Positions 12,070 to 25,400 of a stretch of DNA of 64,000 nucleotides are shown here, one piece after another; position 1 is the stretch's first letter, and each line of letters opens with the position of its first letter. The stretch is taken from contig NC_043000.1 in the NCBI RefSeq assembly GCF_006345805.1, positions 146,010,001 to 146,074,000 on the forward strand, given 5' to 3'. The notes beneath the pieces are model-generated. The model was given only the letters and a program-made list of their open reading frames with translations, searched no databases and was not told the origin of the DNA. The position numbers and the translations under genes were made by a program. This stretch comes from Octopus sinensis. Its lineage: Eukaryota.

Positions 12070-15000
12070 TATATGAATTGTATTAGAAGTAAAAATTATG
12101 CATCAAAATGTGTATATGTGGGCATCTGCTTATCACTTCATAGCTAATGTTGAAATATACCTCACGTAAGCAAAACGCGAAGAAAATGTTTCAACACTAT
12201 GTCATTTCAAAATTTAGCAGAATTCCTAATTTATTTACCATATTATATTGTATATTTTCATGTCCTTGACGCATTGCTTTGTGCTGATGTACGTTTGAAT
12301 TTGTTCAATTTCCCTATTGTGAAAATTAGAAGTTTTAGTTTGGGTGACTGCCTTTCCAATATCCATTAAATTAAGGAAATTTAGAGAAATTAATACGAGA
12401 AAGAGTATAGAGACAGGAAACCAATTTCTGTTTTATTATAAAGTGTCTCAAGTTTCTCAGATATATTTCATTGTTACTATAAGAAACATGAAATGTTCAT
12501 GTTTGTTCATTAATATAAAATCAAATGTGTTGCGTATTAACGTTAGTGTATTGTTCTTTGAGTCCTCGGCAACTTATTTGGAGAGTTCTTTGATTACTTA
12601 TTCAGTGCTGTATTTACAGTTTTCTCTTTTTCTCACACGGCCAGTCTTTTAAATAAATTATAAATATTAATATATATCAAAAAACATTTTACGACTGTTC
12701 CTATTTACTCATGAGTTGAAGAACTAACACAATGTTTCGAAAACCTTGCTTCTATGTTTTTCTTTGTATTTGTTCTGCTTCTCTGCAATCTAATTCCAAA
12801 CCTCAATAAATTTGTCTTTACCCGTATTCCTTTTAAGTTCCATAAAGTACCAGTCGGGTACAAGTAACAAACCTCCATTTCTTTCTCTCTCTCTACTTCC
12901 CTATCTCTCTATTTCTTACTACCTTTTTCTACCTCTCAGAATCTTCGACGATGCGCCATGAGAGGCGTCGTTGCAAAAAACCACAATGTTACTTTCATAA
13001 GAAAATATGAATTTTAAGCGAGGGTCTCCATATTAAAGGAATCGATATGCTAGTGGATCCGTTTAACGATGAACCAATGTGCAGTACAACACAACTAATG
13101 ATAAAGAATAGATATATTTGTTACAACGAAAAAGCTTTATGTAGACGCCGGTATGACCGTTAGTTAAAGGATTCCGATCTATTATTGTCACATAAGATTA
13201 ATATCACTAAATGGTATCTCGGGCAAGTGACGTTTAGAATTGACAAACATCGAATCAAGCAGTGAAAAACTGTGTCGGCAGAAATGTGTGTAATATTATC
13301 GGATTCATTACACTTGAAATTCATTGGTTCAGCCTCGTTACACATTGTATCACACTGATTCGATATGAAATATTCTTCAAAAGATTCATGAACTTGGTGA
13401 ATCCAAATACACACTATAATTTAATGAATATTTAGTTGGTTCATTTGATAGAGCACCTGAATACTTACACTTATCGTCGAAAGAAACGATACACCATCAT
13501 CAACAGAAATCACAAATATATCACACTTTCGTTTACGACAATTTCTTGGAAGTTGCATTTTCTGGGTAACAGCTATAATTGCTAAACTGTTGTATTTTCT
13601 GGGCCTCTATGTTTGCGGGTGTCTGACGCTACGTTTTTAAATGTATATCATATCTTTGAAGAACGCTTGTTTTCTAACCTAGGATGGCCTTTCATTTACA
13701 GTAAATGTTTTTGCATCTTGTTATACCTTATATGTTAAGCAAACCTCTAAAATCATGCGCTGGTCATCACATAATTGTCACTGTTATGATTATTAATTTA
13801 CATAATATTAATTTCATATTTTCTTTATGTAAAATAGTATCGGAATAAACCTGAACACATCTGTTCTCATTTTTTATTGCTGTTAATATTCTAGAGAGAA
13901 ACAGCTATGGTAATACATTCTTTTTACTAAAAATGTAAGCGATATATTTAGTTATGTGCAAACTATTACTCCAGGTTATCTATTTATATTATGTGATTCA
14001 TGATAGAAATTCTATAATAATATCATAAAACGAGAGTTTAATTTCCATAAACGTACATTGTTTCTCAAAATTTCAAAATTATCGTCTGTATTCAGGCGAC
14101 ATTTCACGTAATATATGTATTCTCTCAACTACCAGTTCTATATGTATGTCAGTGCAAAATATACGTATCAAGTAATTTACGGATTTGAGTCATCAGACCG
14201 ATGCCATTATGGAGTATTATGTCTAAGATTTATACATTTTCATCATACATTTGCTTCCTTTAATTACCCAACATTACGTATTATATTGATTCCAGAATTA
14301 TGAAGGCAAAATGAGGTTCAAAGGGATTTGTTCTCAGAAAGCAATATCAGATTATTAATTACCAGAATATATTTTACCCACCATCCAAATAATTCTAGCA
14401 TAATAATTCTATCATAAAGACAATAATAATAATGAAGGCTAGATTTTTTAAGTATTAACATAAAATATAAACGCAATTAGATAGCGATGATACAAGATAT
14501 AAATGGCTAAATGCGCTATCTTATTTACGTTCCATTTCTACATAAAGAGTTAAAGTTATAAATAAACACTACTGAAATATTCAATAATATATCCAACGTT
14601 CTTAGAGTTCATGTACTGAATATTTTATTTCCTTTAATACTATTTGCCTTTGTTACTTATAGAAAACAATACAAAGATATATATTTTGAAAATAATTAGC
14701 TAGCTTATCTTCACTGACAAATTTTATCCTTAGTGAATTTTCTAAATTAATATCTTTGAGAATATATTTTACTTTCCCGGACAGAGTAAATTAATTCTAA
14801 CTCAACGAGTCATTCCTTTAGATTATAAATTGAAATATCACATTACTCAGCATGGCAGCAAGGTGTTGTCTATTTTTCAGCTCCATAAACTCTTTCGCTC
14901 GACACAAATCCGCATCTAAATAGAACACAAATAAATATGGTAACACTGAATAAATTGCCGATATGTCAATTTGACGCGAAACATCCACACCACATACACA

Positions 15001-15134
15001 CAAAAAAAAGCTAAAGGCTGAAACATTCGATAAATTATTCAAAATATCAATGCTTCATACACACACACACACACATACATATTAGACCTAAATTTCTTTT
15101 TTAAACTAAATATCTGGTTGATATTAGACCTATC

Positions 15135-15501
15135 TTTCGTCTTTTGTTTTTTCAGTCACTTGACTGTAGCCATACTGGAGCACCGCCTTGAAGAATTTTC
15201 GTCGAACGAACCAACCCCTTTCATTATTTCTTTTAAGTCTGGTACTTATTCTGTCGGAACCTTTTACTGGACTGTTAAGTCACGGGAACGTAAACACACC
15301 AAAACTATTTAGTAAGCGGTGAAGGGATAAACACGGACATATCGACACATACACACACATGTCGGGCTTCTTTCAATTTGGTCTACCAAATCCACTGACA
15401 AGGTTTGGCCGATCTAAGGCCTAAAGTGCTACGCAGTGGTGATAGACTCAGAACCATAACTGTGGGAAACAAACCTCCTGCAACACAGCTTTACCTGCGC
15501 C
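15135..15501 (-). mobile_element. Family-A SINE, diverged
   Basis: Contains the reverse tail ttcagtcacttgactgtagccatactggagcaccgcc and head end ...cctgcgcc. Confidence 0.85.
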
Positions 15502-16369
15502 TATATACAAAATTTACACTGAAACCAAAGAAAACAATATAAAGACGAGATTTTATCTACACATAATATTTACATTATCTGGAAAAAAGGGCATCAAAGA
15601 GTTCATATAAATATTTACTAGCAGCAGGATTTGATCTACCTCGATATGAGAAATAGTTTCTGGATGAACAACGCCTTATCTAATGTTTCTCCCAAGCACC
15701 CGTAATAATTTATAATCGCCTACGTATTGTATGCAAGTAACTGCAATTTTGAATGCATAAACATCGTTACTGATATCCATTTACTACTCTTCTACGACGC
15801 TTCCTAGTCAATAAATCGCATTTACTTAAGCGTATTGAATAATTAATGAATAGCGATACGTAAAGTGGTATCAGTAACGTAAAAGATTCCCATGTTCAAC
15901 ATATGTGGAATGAATATAGCAAACGCAATTTTTTTCTGTTTACTATTAATTACATGTGATATAGATTTCGAGTGCCGAATCAACTGTCAAATATATTCAA
16001 TACAATAACGTAATTAAATAGGTAGAAAAATTGACTAGACATAAAAAAAAAATATTGTTTGTTCTCAATCCGTTATTGGTATTGACAACAGCAGGGATCC
16101 TTTACATGCTGACACAATATATGGCGGACTTCAGCAAATCTAATAAAATTATTTTAATCATAACAATATATTCATGCTTCAGTCATGTCTGCAAAACAAA
16201 GAGAGACGTAATTTCCATAGCTGAACCTCAAATTTCCGTTGTTAGCGTCCTTATCGGTCAATCTTTAAGTTTATTAAATGTCTGTGTACACTGTGCGCGC
16301 TTTTTATTCAAAACAAATACTGTATATACTATCATGGAGACCAGTTCCGTTTGTGGCAATTAAACATAC

Positions 16370-16663
16370 ATTCATGCGTGTATGTGTATGTTTGTGTGTG
16401 TGTGTTTGTGTGTGTGTTAAACAGAGAGACAGAGAGTATGTGTAGGTATGTATATATATGTATATATATATACATACATACAAACACATACATATCTATC
16501 TATATATATACATATACATATATATATATACAAATATATACATATATATACATATATATATATATATACATATATATACATATATATACATATACATATA
16601 TATATATAGGTATATATACAATATACATATATATATATATATATATAAATATACATTTATATA

Positions 16664-16704
<41 letters not shown>

Positions 16705-16810
16705 ACATATATATATATTATAGTTGAGAGAAGGGTAGTGATACATACATATACACTTGCATACATACGTACATATATATGTTCGTGTGAGTGTGTGTGT
16801 ATGTGTTTAT
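16370..16810. repeat. Long (TG)/(TA)/(CA) compound microsatellite
   Basis: Directly visible. Confidence 0.97.
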
Positions 16811-18066
16811 ATATATTGGTACTTCACAAAATATCATTGCAAAACACAAGCAGAAACATATGTTTGATTAATTATCAATTATTGATGATACACAGAAAAG
16901 AAAATGAACGATTCTGATTTAAGCCTACTGAACCACAATACTGTGTAAATAAACATACAAACACGCTTTTGCTTAAATAAACTAACATTTACTACTTGCT
17001 TTCACTGTTATCGATTCGAAATCCTAGGACGAGGCTTTGTTGTTTGAATATGCAAAGTAAAAGCCATAACGCGATTACACACACGTTTAATGAAGCAAAT
17101 CACCACCATTGAATAAATATGAAAATAATCAATGACCAATGCAAACATCTCGTAAATTCAAACATGGAAAAATAGCTTCGCATTAAGCATTAAAGCAAAG
17201 ACTATCTAATTTCCTCTAGTGTTGTCCATATGTGGTGATTTCGTTTGGAAGCAATACAAAATTGGCGGCAGTTTCACTTTTATGATTTCTTATTTTTCAT
17301 TTAATATAACTGAATATAATGAACTAGATTATATCTACATGTGGTTGTAAATATTCGAGTTAGTTGAAATGAAATGTATTTGTTTTGCAAGAAATTTGAT
17401 ATGAAATTATGTGTTGAAATAGCTATTGTTGTACTTGGGGGTGGTTGACTCTATATCCATCCATCGGTGAATTTATTGTGGAGATGCTCGGCGAGGGGAA
17501 TGTGAAGCTTCTTGATGTTGACACAAAGGAAAAGGGGAAAAAGAAGGGGAAAAAAGCGCATTTGTTTAATTCTTATTGAAATATATTTAGCTGGCAATTT
17601 TATTGACCCAGCAGCATATACGAAAGTGTGATGAAAAGGAGGGTCATTAAATTATAATTTTATTCAACATATTCCTCTCTCAAAACCACAAACTTATTGC
17701 AGCGGTCCTGTAGAAAATTAGAAAGTTTTGGCCTCCAGCCAGGCCCTTCGTTATAGCCTTAAGGCAAGGAACTTTTCAGCCCCCTCCCCTTTGAAAGGAT
17801 ATTTCATGAGAGTGAGGTTATATCAAAGGCAAATTCTACGAAGTTTTCCCCAATAAAAATGATCATGAATACCAACAGTTTTAGTAGTTATTTCTATGTT
17901 GCTTAAAGTGAAGTCTTATTTATTTAAATATCTGTTTCATATTTTAGCAGAATGTTTTTCTCTGACAATGCCCACGTTTCCATTATATATAAACAAACAC
18001 AGAAGGACATCCTAACAATTCTGACAGTTCGCCGCATTAATAATAATGGTTTCAATTATTGAAATA

Positions 18067-18231
18067 GGCACAGGAGTGGCTGTGTGGTAAGTAGCTTGTT
18101 TACCAACCACATGGTTCCGGGTTCAGTCCCACTGCGTGGAACCTTGGGCAAGTGTCTTCTACTATAGCCTCGGGGCGACCAAAGCCTTGTGAGTGGAGTT
18201 GGTAGACGGAAACTGAAAGAAGCCTGTCGTA

Positions 18232-18300
<69 letters not shown>

Positions 18301-18515
18301 TTGTGTGAGTGTGTTTGTCCCCCTAGCATTGCTTGACAACCGATGCTGGTGTCTTTATGTCCCCGTTACTTAGCGGTTCGGCAAAAGAGACCGATAGAAT
18401 AAGTACTGGACTTACAAAAGAATAAGTCCCAGGGTCGAGTTTCTCTACTAAAGGCGGTGCTCCAGGATGGCCGCAGTCAAATGACTGAATCAAGTAAAAG
18501 AGTAAAGAGTAAAGA
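18067..18515 (+). mobile_element. Family-A tRNA-derived SINE, near full length, with internal (TA)n(TG)n
   Basis: A-box-like tggctgtgtggtaag, B-box-like ggttcagtccc, ccttgggcaagtgtctt box, tail ggcggtgctccaggatggccgcagtcaaatgactga followed by gtaaaagagtaaagag repeats. Confidence 0.93.
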
Positions 18516-18534
18516 GAGAGTGACAGTAGTTTTT

Positions 18535-18900
18535 TAGGAGAGAGGGAAGTCGAATTACATCGACCCCAGTGCTTGGCTGATACTTATATTATGAATCTCG
18601 AAAGAATGACAGGGTAAGTCAACATCGGCGATATTTAAGTTCAGAACATGAATGTGGACGAAATGCTCCTAAACATTTCGCCCAGCGTGCTAACAGTTCT
18701 GCTACCACGCCGCCTTCATCGTTTAAATCTTAATGATAATACATTCGTCTATAGGCACAAACCCAGAAATGTTGTGGAGGGAACTAGTCAATTACATCAA
18801 GCTCGAACGAATTTTAACTGAGAATATGAAGACGGACAAACTGCCGCTAAGTATTTAGTCCAGCGAATTAACGGTGTGCCCCTTCGACTCCATCACCAAC
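18535..18900 (-). mobile_element. Two diverged family-B SINE copies (about 18535-18717 and 18745-18880)
   Basis: Contain catcgaccccagtgc, cagaac, and catttcgcccagcgtgctaac.gttctgc (reverse head). Confidence 0.75.
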
Positions 18901-18929
18901 TTGAAAAAACTGAATAGCTGCAAGGATTA

Positions 18930-19797
18930 TAAGTGAGAAATATGAAGCTTGTGGTCAATGAGAAGAGTAGACGTGATACCAATAGTACTTAGCGTACTTA
19001 GAGGTATGAGCGATCAACTACCACCAAGGCACAAAAATATTGGTACAAATGTAAAAGTAGAACAACTACAAAAAATCAGCATTGCTTGAGATGCAAGAAT
19101 TGTTTGCAAGTTTCTTGGGGCATGGCCTGCAAACAAGTGTAGCCTTAGTCTGCTGGCTATGGACAGCTGACACTTTCCATCACACCCAGCAGAGAAAGCT
19201 GAGAGTGTTCATGCAGTCTGTGCCCTGATGCAGTATTGATGCCCTGATGCAGTACCAGACAGTGGGTCTCATGGCTTCTGATCTTAAATGATTGGAAGTG
19301 TTATCATGTACATTGTTTTCTCTTGGTATAAAAGATGGGCTACAGCAAATATTCTGCTCAATACCACAGATTTGCTTGTCAGTTGTTTGACCTTAACCAG
19401 TTGACCATGTTCCTTACTGGCTGACAATATGTGAATCTCTGATCACAAGCAGAAGTAGTGAGGGAGCATCATAGTCGTGTGTTGAAAGGAATACTTGTAG
19501 GTTTGGATAAATCACATTTGGAAACATGGGTGGTTCTTTCAACATCCTTAAACAACCCTAATTCAGGGACCTTTTGAGCGGGATGGGCTACTCGCCCAGA
19601 CGAAAATTCTAACTGGGCCCCACCTGCAAGGTCATGCGCTATTTATTTTGATATGAGATCACCATGTCACGCACATATGTTTGTGATGTATGTGCCTGGT
19701 GTACCCTTATCAGACGCGTAGTCATGATGGTATAATGGGCTTCGTAAATTTTACCCCAGTGTCACTTTGATGGCATGCACTGCTCTCTCACTCAATA
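18930..19797 (+). mobile_element. RLE LINE family B: ORF C-terminus plus about 650-bp 3' UTR, followed by an (AAT)n tail
   Basis: Reads WSMRRVDVIPIVLSVL...VKVEQLQK(fs)SALL...ARIVCKFL. This is homologous to the family-A C-terminus WKLKTKTIPVVIGALG...EVQKIVLMGTAHILRKIL. Tail at 19798-19834. Confidence 0.8.
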
Positions 19798-19798
19798 C

Positions 19799-19834
<36 letters not shown>

Positions 19835-21666
19835 CCTTAATACCTCTCTCAAAGCTGCTCAATGACGCGCAGTACGGGTATAAATGTTTGATAAAAATAT
19901 AAATCATCTCGTTTACATGGATGATTTAAAGCTTTTTTTTGCAAAAAATGATCAACAACTCAAGGGCTTACTAGCGATAGTCAAACAATTCAGTGACGAC
20001 ATCAGAATGCAATTCGGCCTCGATAAATGTGCAAAGGCTACCTTTATCAAAGAAAAATGACAGAAACATCTAACGTTAACCTTGACCACAGAATGTCATA
20101 AAAGAACTAGACCAGCGGAGAGCTACAAGTACCTAGGGGTAATTGACGGGAACGGAATAAGGCATTCAGAGATGAAGGAAAGGATCAGGAGAGAATGCTA
20201 TCGAAGAGTGAGAGCAATACTCAGACAGAGCTGAATGCAAGAAACAGATCGAAGCAATCAATGCATTAGCTATACCAGTCGTGACTTACAGTTTCAATAT
20301 TGTTAACTGGTCAATTACTGAAATATTCAGCTCGACAGAAAAATAAGGAAACTGTTGACAATGCATAGAATGCACCACCCTAAGGCAGATAAGAACGACT
20401 CTATCTGCCAAGAAAAGAGGGAGGCCGTGGTCTTTTGCAACTGGCATAACAATGATTGCTACAATTGGCCTAGACACCTACCTGAAAAACTCTGAGGACT
20501 GGATGTTAAAACTTGTCTCAAAACATGAAAACAAGAAAGCATCATACTCAGTAACAAAACAGGCAAGGAATATCTAAGTGAATTCAATACAACCAATTTC
20601 GGAATTATAGATAGACATACAGAAACAGCACAGAAAAAGCTAGCGCATGAAAACCCGTGCCAAAACTGCGGCCTTAGATATTCTGAATAATAAATGGCAA
20701 GAAAAACCTCTCTACGGCAAATACCCAAGAGAGCGAATAATGCAGATATCGACAAAGCCCTGACCCATCAATGGCTAATGGCCTCTGGCTTAAAATCTGA
20801 AACGAGGGGTTTATCATAGCAGCTCAAGATCAATGCCTACCAACAAGAAACTACCAGGCCACATATTAAAGATCAGAAGCAGTCCCAACGTTCGTGTATG
20901 CAAGCAACAAATGAAACCATTGACCATGTGGTCTCCAAGTGCTGTCTTCTAGCGCCTACAGAGTATCTCAACAGGCACGATAGAGCTGCACAATATATTC
21001 ACTGGGTAATCTGTAAAACCTGGATTTGCCCCATGAAAAAACCTGGTGGGAACACAAACCACCCCAGTGCTTGAAAATGACCACATCTCACTCCTCTGGA
21101 ACTTCACCATTCAAACTGACAGGAAGATAGATGCAAATAGGCCAGACATCATATTGAAAGACTTCAAACAAAGAACATGCCTCCTCATTGATATGACTGT
21201 CCCAATCGATATAAACGTATCTGTCAGGACCTACCAAAACTGAGCAAATATAAAGATCTTGAATAGAAATCAGCAAAATGTGGAAGCTGAAGACTAAAAC
21301 AATACCTGTTGTCATAGGTGCCCTGGGAATTATAGCAAAAGGGGCTGATAGCTACCTAACTCAGATACCAGGAAACCCAAAAATGGCAGAAGTTCAAAAG
21401 ATAGTGCTCATGGGAACTGCTCATATCCTACGCAAAATACTCTCTATGTACCTCAAGTCTTAAAACAACCATAATTTTCGGTTTAAAAAAAAAAAAAAAA
21501 AAAAAAAACTTTTTTTTTTTAGACATTTCATTAGTACAACATCCCCACCCCCAAATATATGGCACACTAGGCATAACACAACATGAACTTCCAACCTTTG
21601 TCTCTTGAGGTCTGGGTGAGACTTGGAGCCACATTGTACAAATATAAAGCAAAAGTCAAACATAGA
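19835..21666 (+). mobile_element. RLE (R4/Dong-like) LINE family A, copy 1, 5'-truncated within RT
   Basis: Begins in LIPLSKLLND; contains YMDDLK, FGLDKCAK, YKYLG, HPKA, RPDI, LLIDMTVP, IPVVIGALG. Collinear with copy 2 and followed by (ATA)n. Confidence 0.95.
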
Positions 21667-21820
21667 ATAATAATAATAATAATGATAATAATAATAATAA
21701 TAATGAGATAAAAAGAAGAAGAAGAAGAAAAGAAGAAGAAGAAGAAGAAGAAGAAGAAGAAGAAGAAGAAGAAGAAGAAGAAGAAGAAGAAAAAAAGAAG
21801 AAAGACAAAGAAGAAGAAGA
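21667..21820. repeat. (ATA)n then (GAA)n spacer between the two family-A LINE copies
   Basis: Directly visible. Confidence 0.97.
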
Positions 21821-24341
21821 TTAATAGAATAGCTACGGATTTGTACTCTTTAGAGGAGCAAAAGTGGGAGGGTGTCAAGGTAGAAAATGCAAGATCTGCT
21901 CTCAGGAGGTCAAGCAAATGGAAGTCTCCAGGAAAGGATAAAATCCCTAACTTCTGGTTGCATGCCTTCCCAGAGAGCCATGAACTGCTAACAGAACTGT
22001 ACAATGATGTTTTGCAACACCCTAGTAGGATGCCCGCTTGGCTAACTAATGGTTTAACATTCTTGCTCCTAAAAAGTGAAGAAACAAATGAACCAAAAAA
22101 CTATATTTAACGCTAACATCTGTCCTGACGGAATATAATTATAGTTTTTTAACAGACAGCAGCATATTCCCTAATGAATAGAAAGGATGTAAACGTGGAT
22201 TCTATGGTTGTAAAGATCAGCTACTCATCTATAAGATGATCTTAGAAGATTGTCACAAACGACACAAAAACTTGTCAATAGCCTGGATAGACTATAAAAA
22301 GGCTTTTGATAGCCTACCACATAGCTGGATAAAGAAATGCCTATAAATGTACAAAATAGCGCCTACTCTGCGAAACGTATTGTCTGTAAGTATGAGATCA
22401 TGGAGAACCACACTAACTTTGAACAGTGACGATGAATCTCTAAATGCTGGTGATGTAAAAAATTCTTGTGGCATTTTCCAGGGCGACTCACTATCACCAC
22501 TCCTCTTTTGTTTAGCCTTAATACCTCTCTCAAAATTGCTCAATGACGCACTGTACAGATATAAAATGTTGGATAAAAATATAAATCATCCCATTTACAT
22601 GGATGATTTAAAGCTCTTTGCAAAAAATGACCAACAACTCAAGGGCTTACTAACGATTGTTAAACAATTCAACGATGACATCAGAATGCAATTTGGCCTC
22701 GATAAATGTGCAAAAGCTACTTTTCTCTAAGGAAAAATGACAGAAACATCTAACGTTTACCTCGACCAGCAGAATGTCATAAAAGAGTTAGACCAGTGGA
22801 GAGCTACAAGTACGTAGGGGTAATTGAAGGGGATGGAATAAGGCATTCAGAGATGAAGGAAAGGATCAGGAGAGAATGTTATCGTAGATTAAGAGCAATA
22901 CTCAAGACAGAGCTGAATGCAAGAAACAGGATCGAAGCGATCAATGCTTTAGCCACACCAGTCGTGACTTATAGTTTCAATATCGTTAACTGGTCAATTA
23001 CCGAAATATGTAATCTTGACAGAAAAATAAGAAAACTGTTGACAATGCATAGAATGCACCACCCTAAGGCAGATATAGATCGACTTTATCTACCAAGAAA
23101 AGAGGGAGGCCGTGGGCTTTTACAACTGGCAATAACAACGAAGGTTGCTACAATTGGCCTAGACACCTACCTGACAACTCTGAGGACTGGATGTTAAAAC
23201 TTGTCTCAAAACATGAAAACAAGAAAGCATCATACTCAGTAACAAAACAGGCAAAGGAATATCTAAGTGAATTCCGAATACAACAAATTCCGGAATTAGA
23301 AACACAAGAAACAAGCACAGAAAAAGCTAAGCGCATGAAAACCCGTGCTAAAACAGTTGCCTTAGATATCCTGAATGATAAATGGCAAGAAAAACCTCCC
23401 AATCGCAAATATCCAAAGAGAGTGAATAATGCAGATGCCCACAAAGCCCTGACCCATCAATGGCTAATTAGCTCTGGCTTAAAATCTGAAACAGAAGGGT
23501 TTATCATAGCAGCTCAAGATCAATGCCTACCTACAAGGAACTACCAGGCCAACATATTAAAGAACGGCAGTAGCCCAACGTGTCATGTATGTAAACAACA
23601 AAATGAAACCATTGATCATGTTGTCTCCAAGTGCGGTCTTCTTAGGCCTATAGAGTATCTTAACAGGCATGATAGAACTGCATAATATATTCACTGGGTA
23701 ATTTGCAGAAGCCTGGACGTGCCCCATGATAAAAACTGGTGGGAACACAAACCACCCCCAGTCCTTGAAAATGACCACATCTCACTCCTCTGGAACTTCA
23801 CCATTCAAACTCACAGAAATATAGACGCGAATAGGCCAGACATCATAGTAAAAGACTTCAGACAAAGAACATGCCTTCTCATTGATATGACTGTCCCAAT
23901 CGATATAAACGTATCTGTCAAGACCCACCAAAAACTGAGCAAATATAAAGATCTTGAAATAGAAATCAGCAAAATGTGGAACCTGAAGACTAAAACAATA
24001 CCTGTTGTCATAGGTTGCCCTGGGAATGATAGCAAAAGGGGCTGATTGCTACCTAACTCAGATTCCAGGAAACCCCAAAATGGCAGATTCAAAAGATAGT
24101 GCTCATGGGAACTCCTCATATCCTACGCAAAACACTTTCTTTGTAATCTCAAGTTTTAAAACAAACATAATTTTCATATGGTATTTTTAAGGCATTCTCT
24201 TGTACAACACTAAGTACAAAACCAAATATATGGCACCCTAGGCATAACACCAACATGAACTTCCAACTCGTTGTCTCTTGAGGTCTCTGGGTGAGACTTG
24301 GAGTCAGCTTGTGCAAATATAAAGCAAAAGTCAAACATAGA
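21821..24341 (+). mobile_element. RLE (R4/Dong-like) LINE family A, copy 2, 5'-truncated; RT, CCHC knuckle and RLE
   Basis: ORF fragments [83 protein letters not shown]. Ends cataga followed by (ATA)n. Confidence 0.96.
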
Positions 24342-24386
24342 ATAATAATAATAATAATAATAATATAATAATAATAATAATAATAC

Positions 24387-24478
<92 letters not shown>

Positions 24479-24487
24479 TAATAATAA
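24342..24487. repeat. (ATA)n microsatellite tail/target
   Basis: Directly visible. Confidence 0.98.
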
Positions 24488-24499
24488 ACATCTTAATGC

Positions 24500-24690
24500 A
24501 GTAACAGACACTGGCTCTTATAGCTTCTGATCTTAACATCTCTCATCACGAGCAGAAGTAGTGGGGGAGCATCATAGCCATGCGTTGAAAGGAATTCTTT
24601 AAAGTTTGAATAATTCACGGGTGTTCCGCTGATCTTCCTTAAACACACCTTAAACATGGATCTGCCTGAGGAAAATTCTCACTGGCTTTC
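24500..24690 (+). mobile_element. Fragment of the RLE family-B 3' UTR
   Basis: gcagtaacagacactggctc...gcttctgatcttaac and gagcagaagtagtgggggagcatcatagcc match 19250-19480, with an internal deletion. Confidence 0.8.
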
Positions 24691-24769
24691 CTCCTTTTGC
24701 AACATGCCATTCTCTATTCTTTAATCTATTTTCCCCCATATTTGAATAAAAGGTAGATGTGGAGCATCG

Positions 24770-25140
24770 GAGCTATACCAGACCACGAACTGGACGTCCT
24801 GTGCTGTCCTCCCTGAGCCGACTGCTTCATCTCGGACAAGGACGATGTACAGCAATAGCGTGGGTTTCAAGGGCCGACAGCTGTTTAACTATCGGCCATA
24901 GCATCTGGGAAGCCTGCAGGGAGTGAATATAGACGTTTTCAAACGTGAACGTGACCTCTAATTCGCCGAGATCTCAGAGGAGTCACTATCTAGGTAAGAA
25001 ACTCAAAAGAGGACAGTAACATCCAACTCCATCCTTCATCAAAAGCAGCCCCGACAAAGGTGGAAAGTGGAAAGGTGATCACAATTGTGGTACTCCAGAA
25101 TGGCCACAGTCATTAGACTGAAACATATAAACGAATAATA
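24770..25140 (+). mobile_element. CR1/L2-type LINE 3' end with SINE-A-like tail
   Basis: Reads PRTGRP...GFKGRQLFN...GVNIDVFKRE, then tail ggtactccagaatggccacagtc...actgaaac. Confidence 0.7.
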
Positions 25141-25289
25141 AAAGAATATATTAAACAACTTGAGTTATTTTCCTATATATGCGTATCCCTCAAGTTCATG
25201 TAGCACTTAAATATCCAATGGCAAACAACGTACGAATCTAGTGGGGCATTTTCACTTTTTATTTACTCTCGCACTCTATCTATCGCTAT

Positions 25290-25400
<111 letters not shown>

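Noticed and set aside
16031-16363. 110-aa ORF with hydrophobic N-terminus
   Set aside because: TTG start, no recognisable motif, and a length expected by chance in 64 kb.
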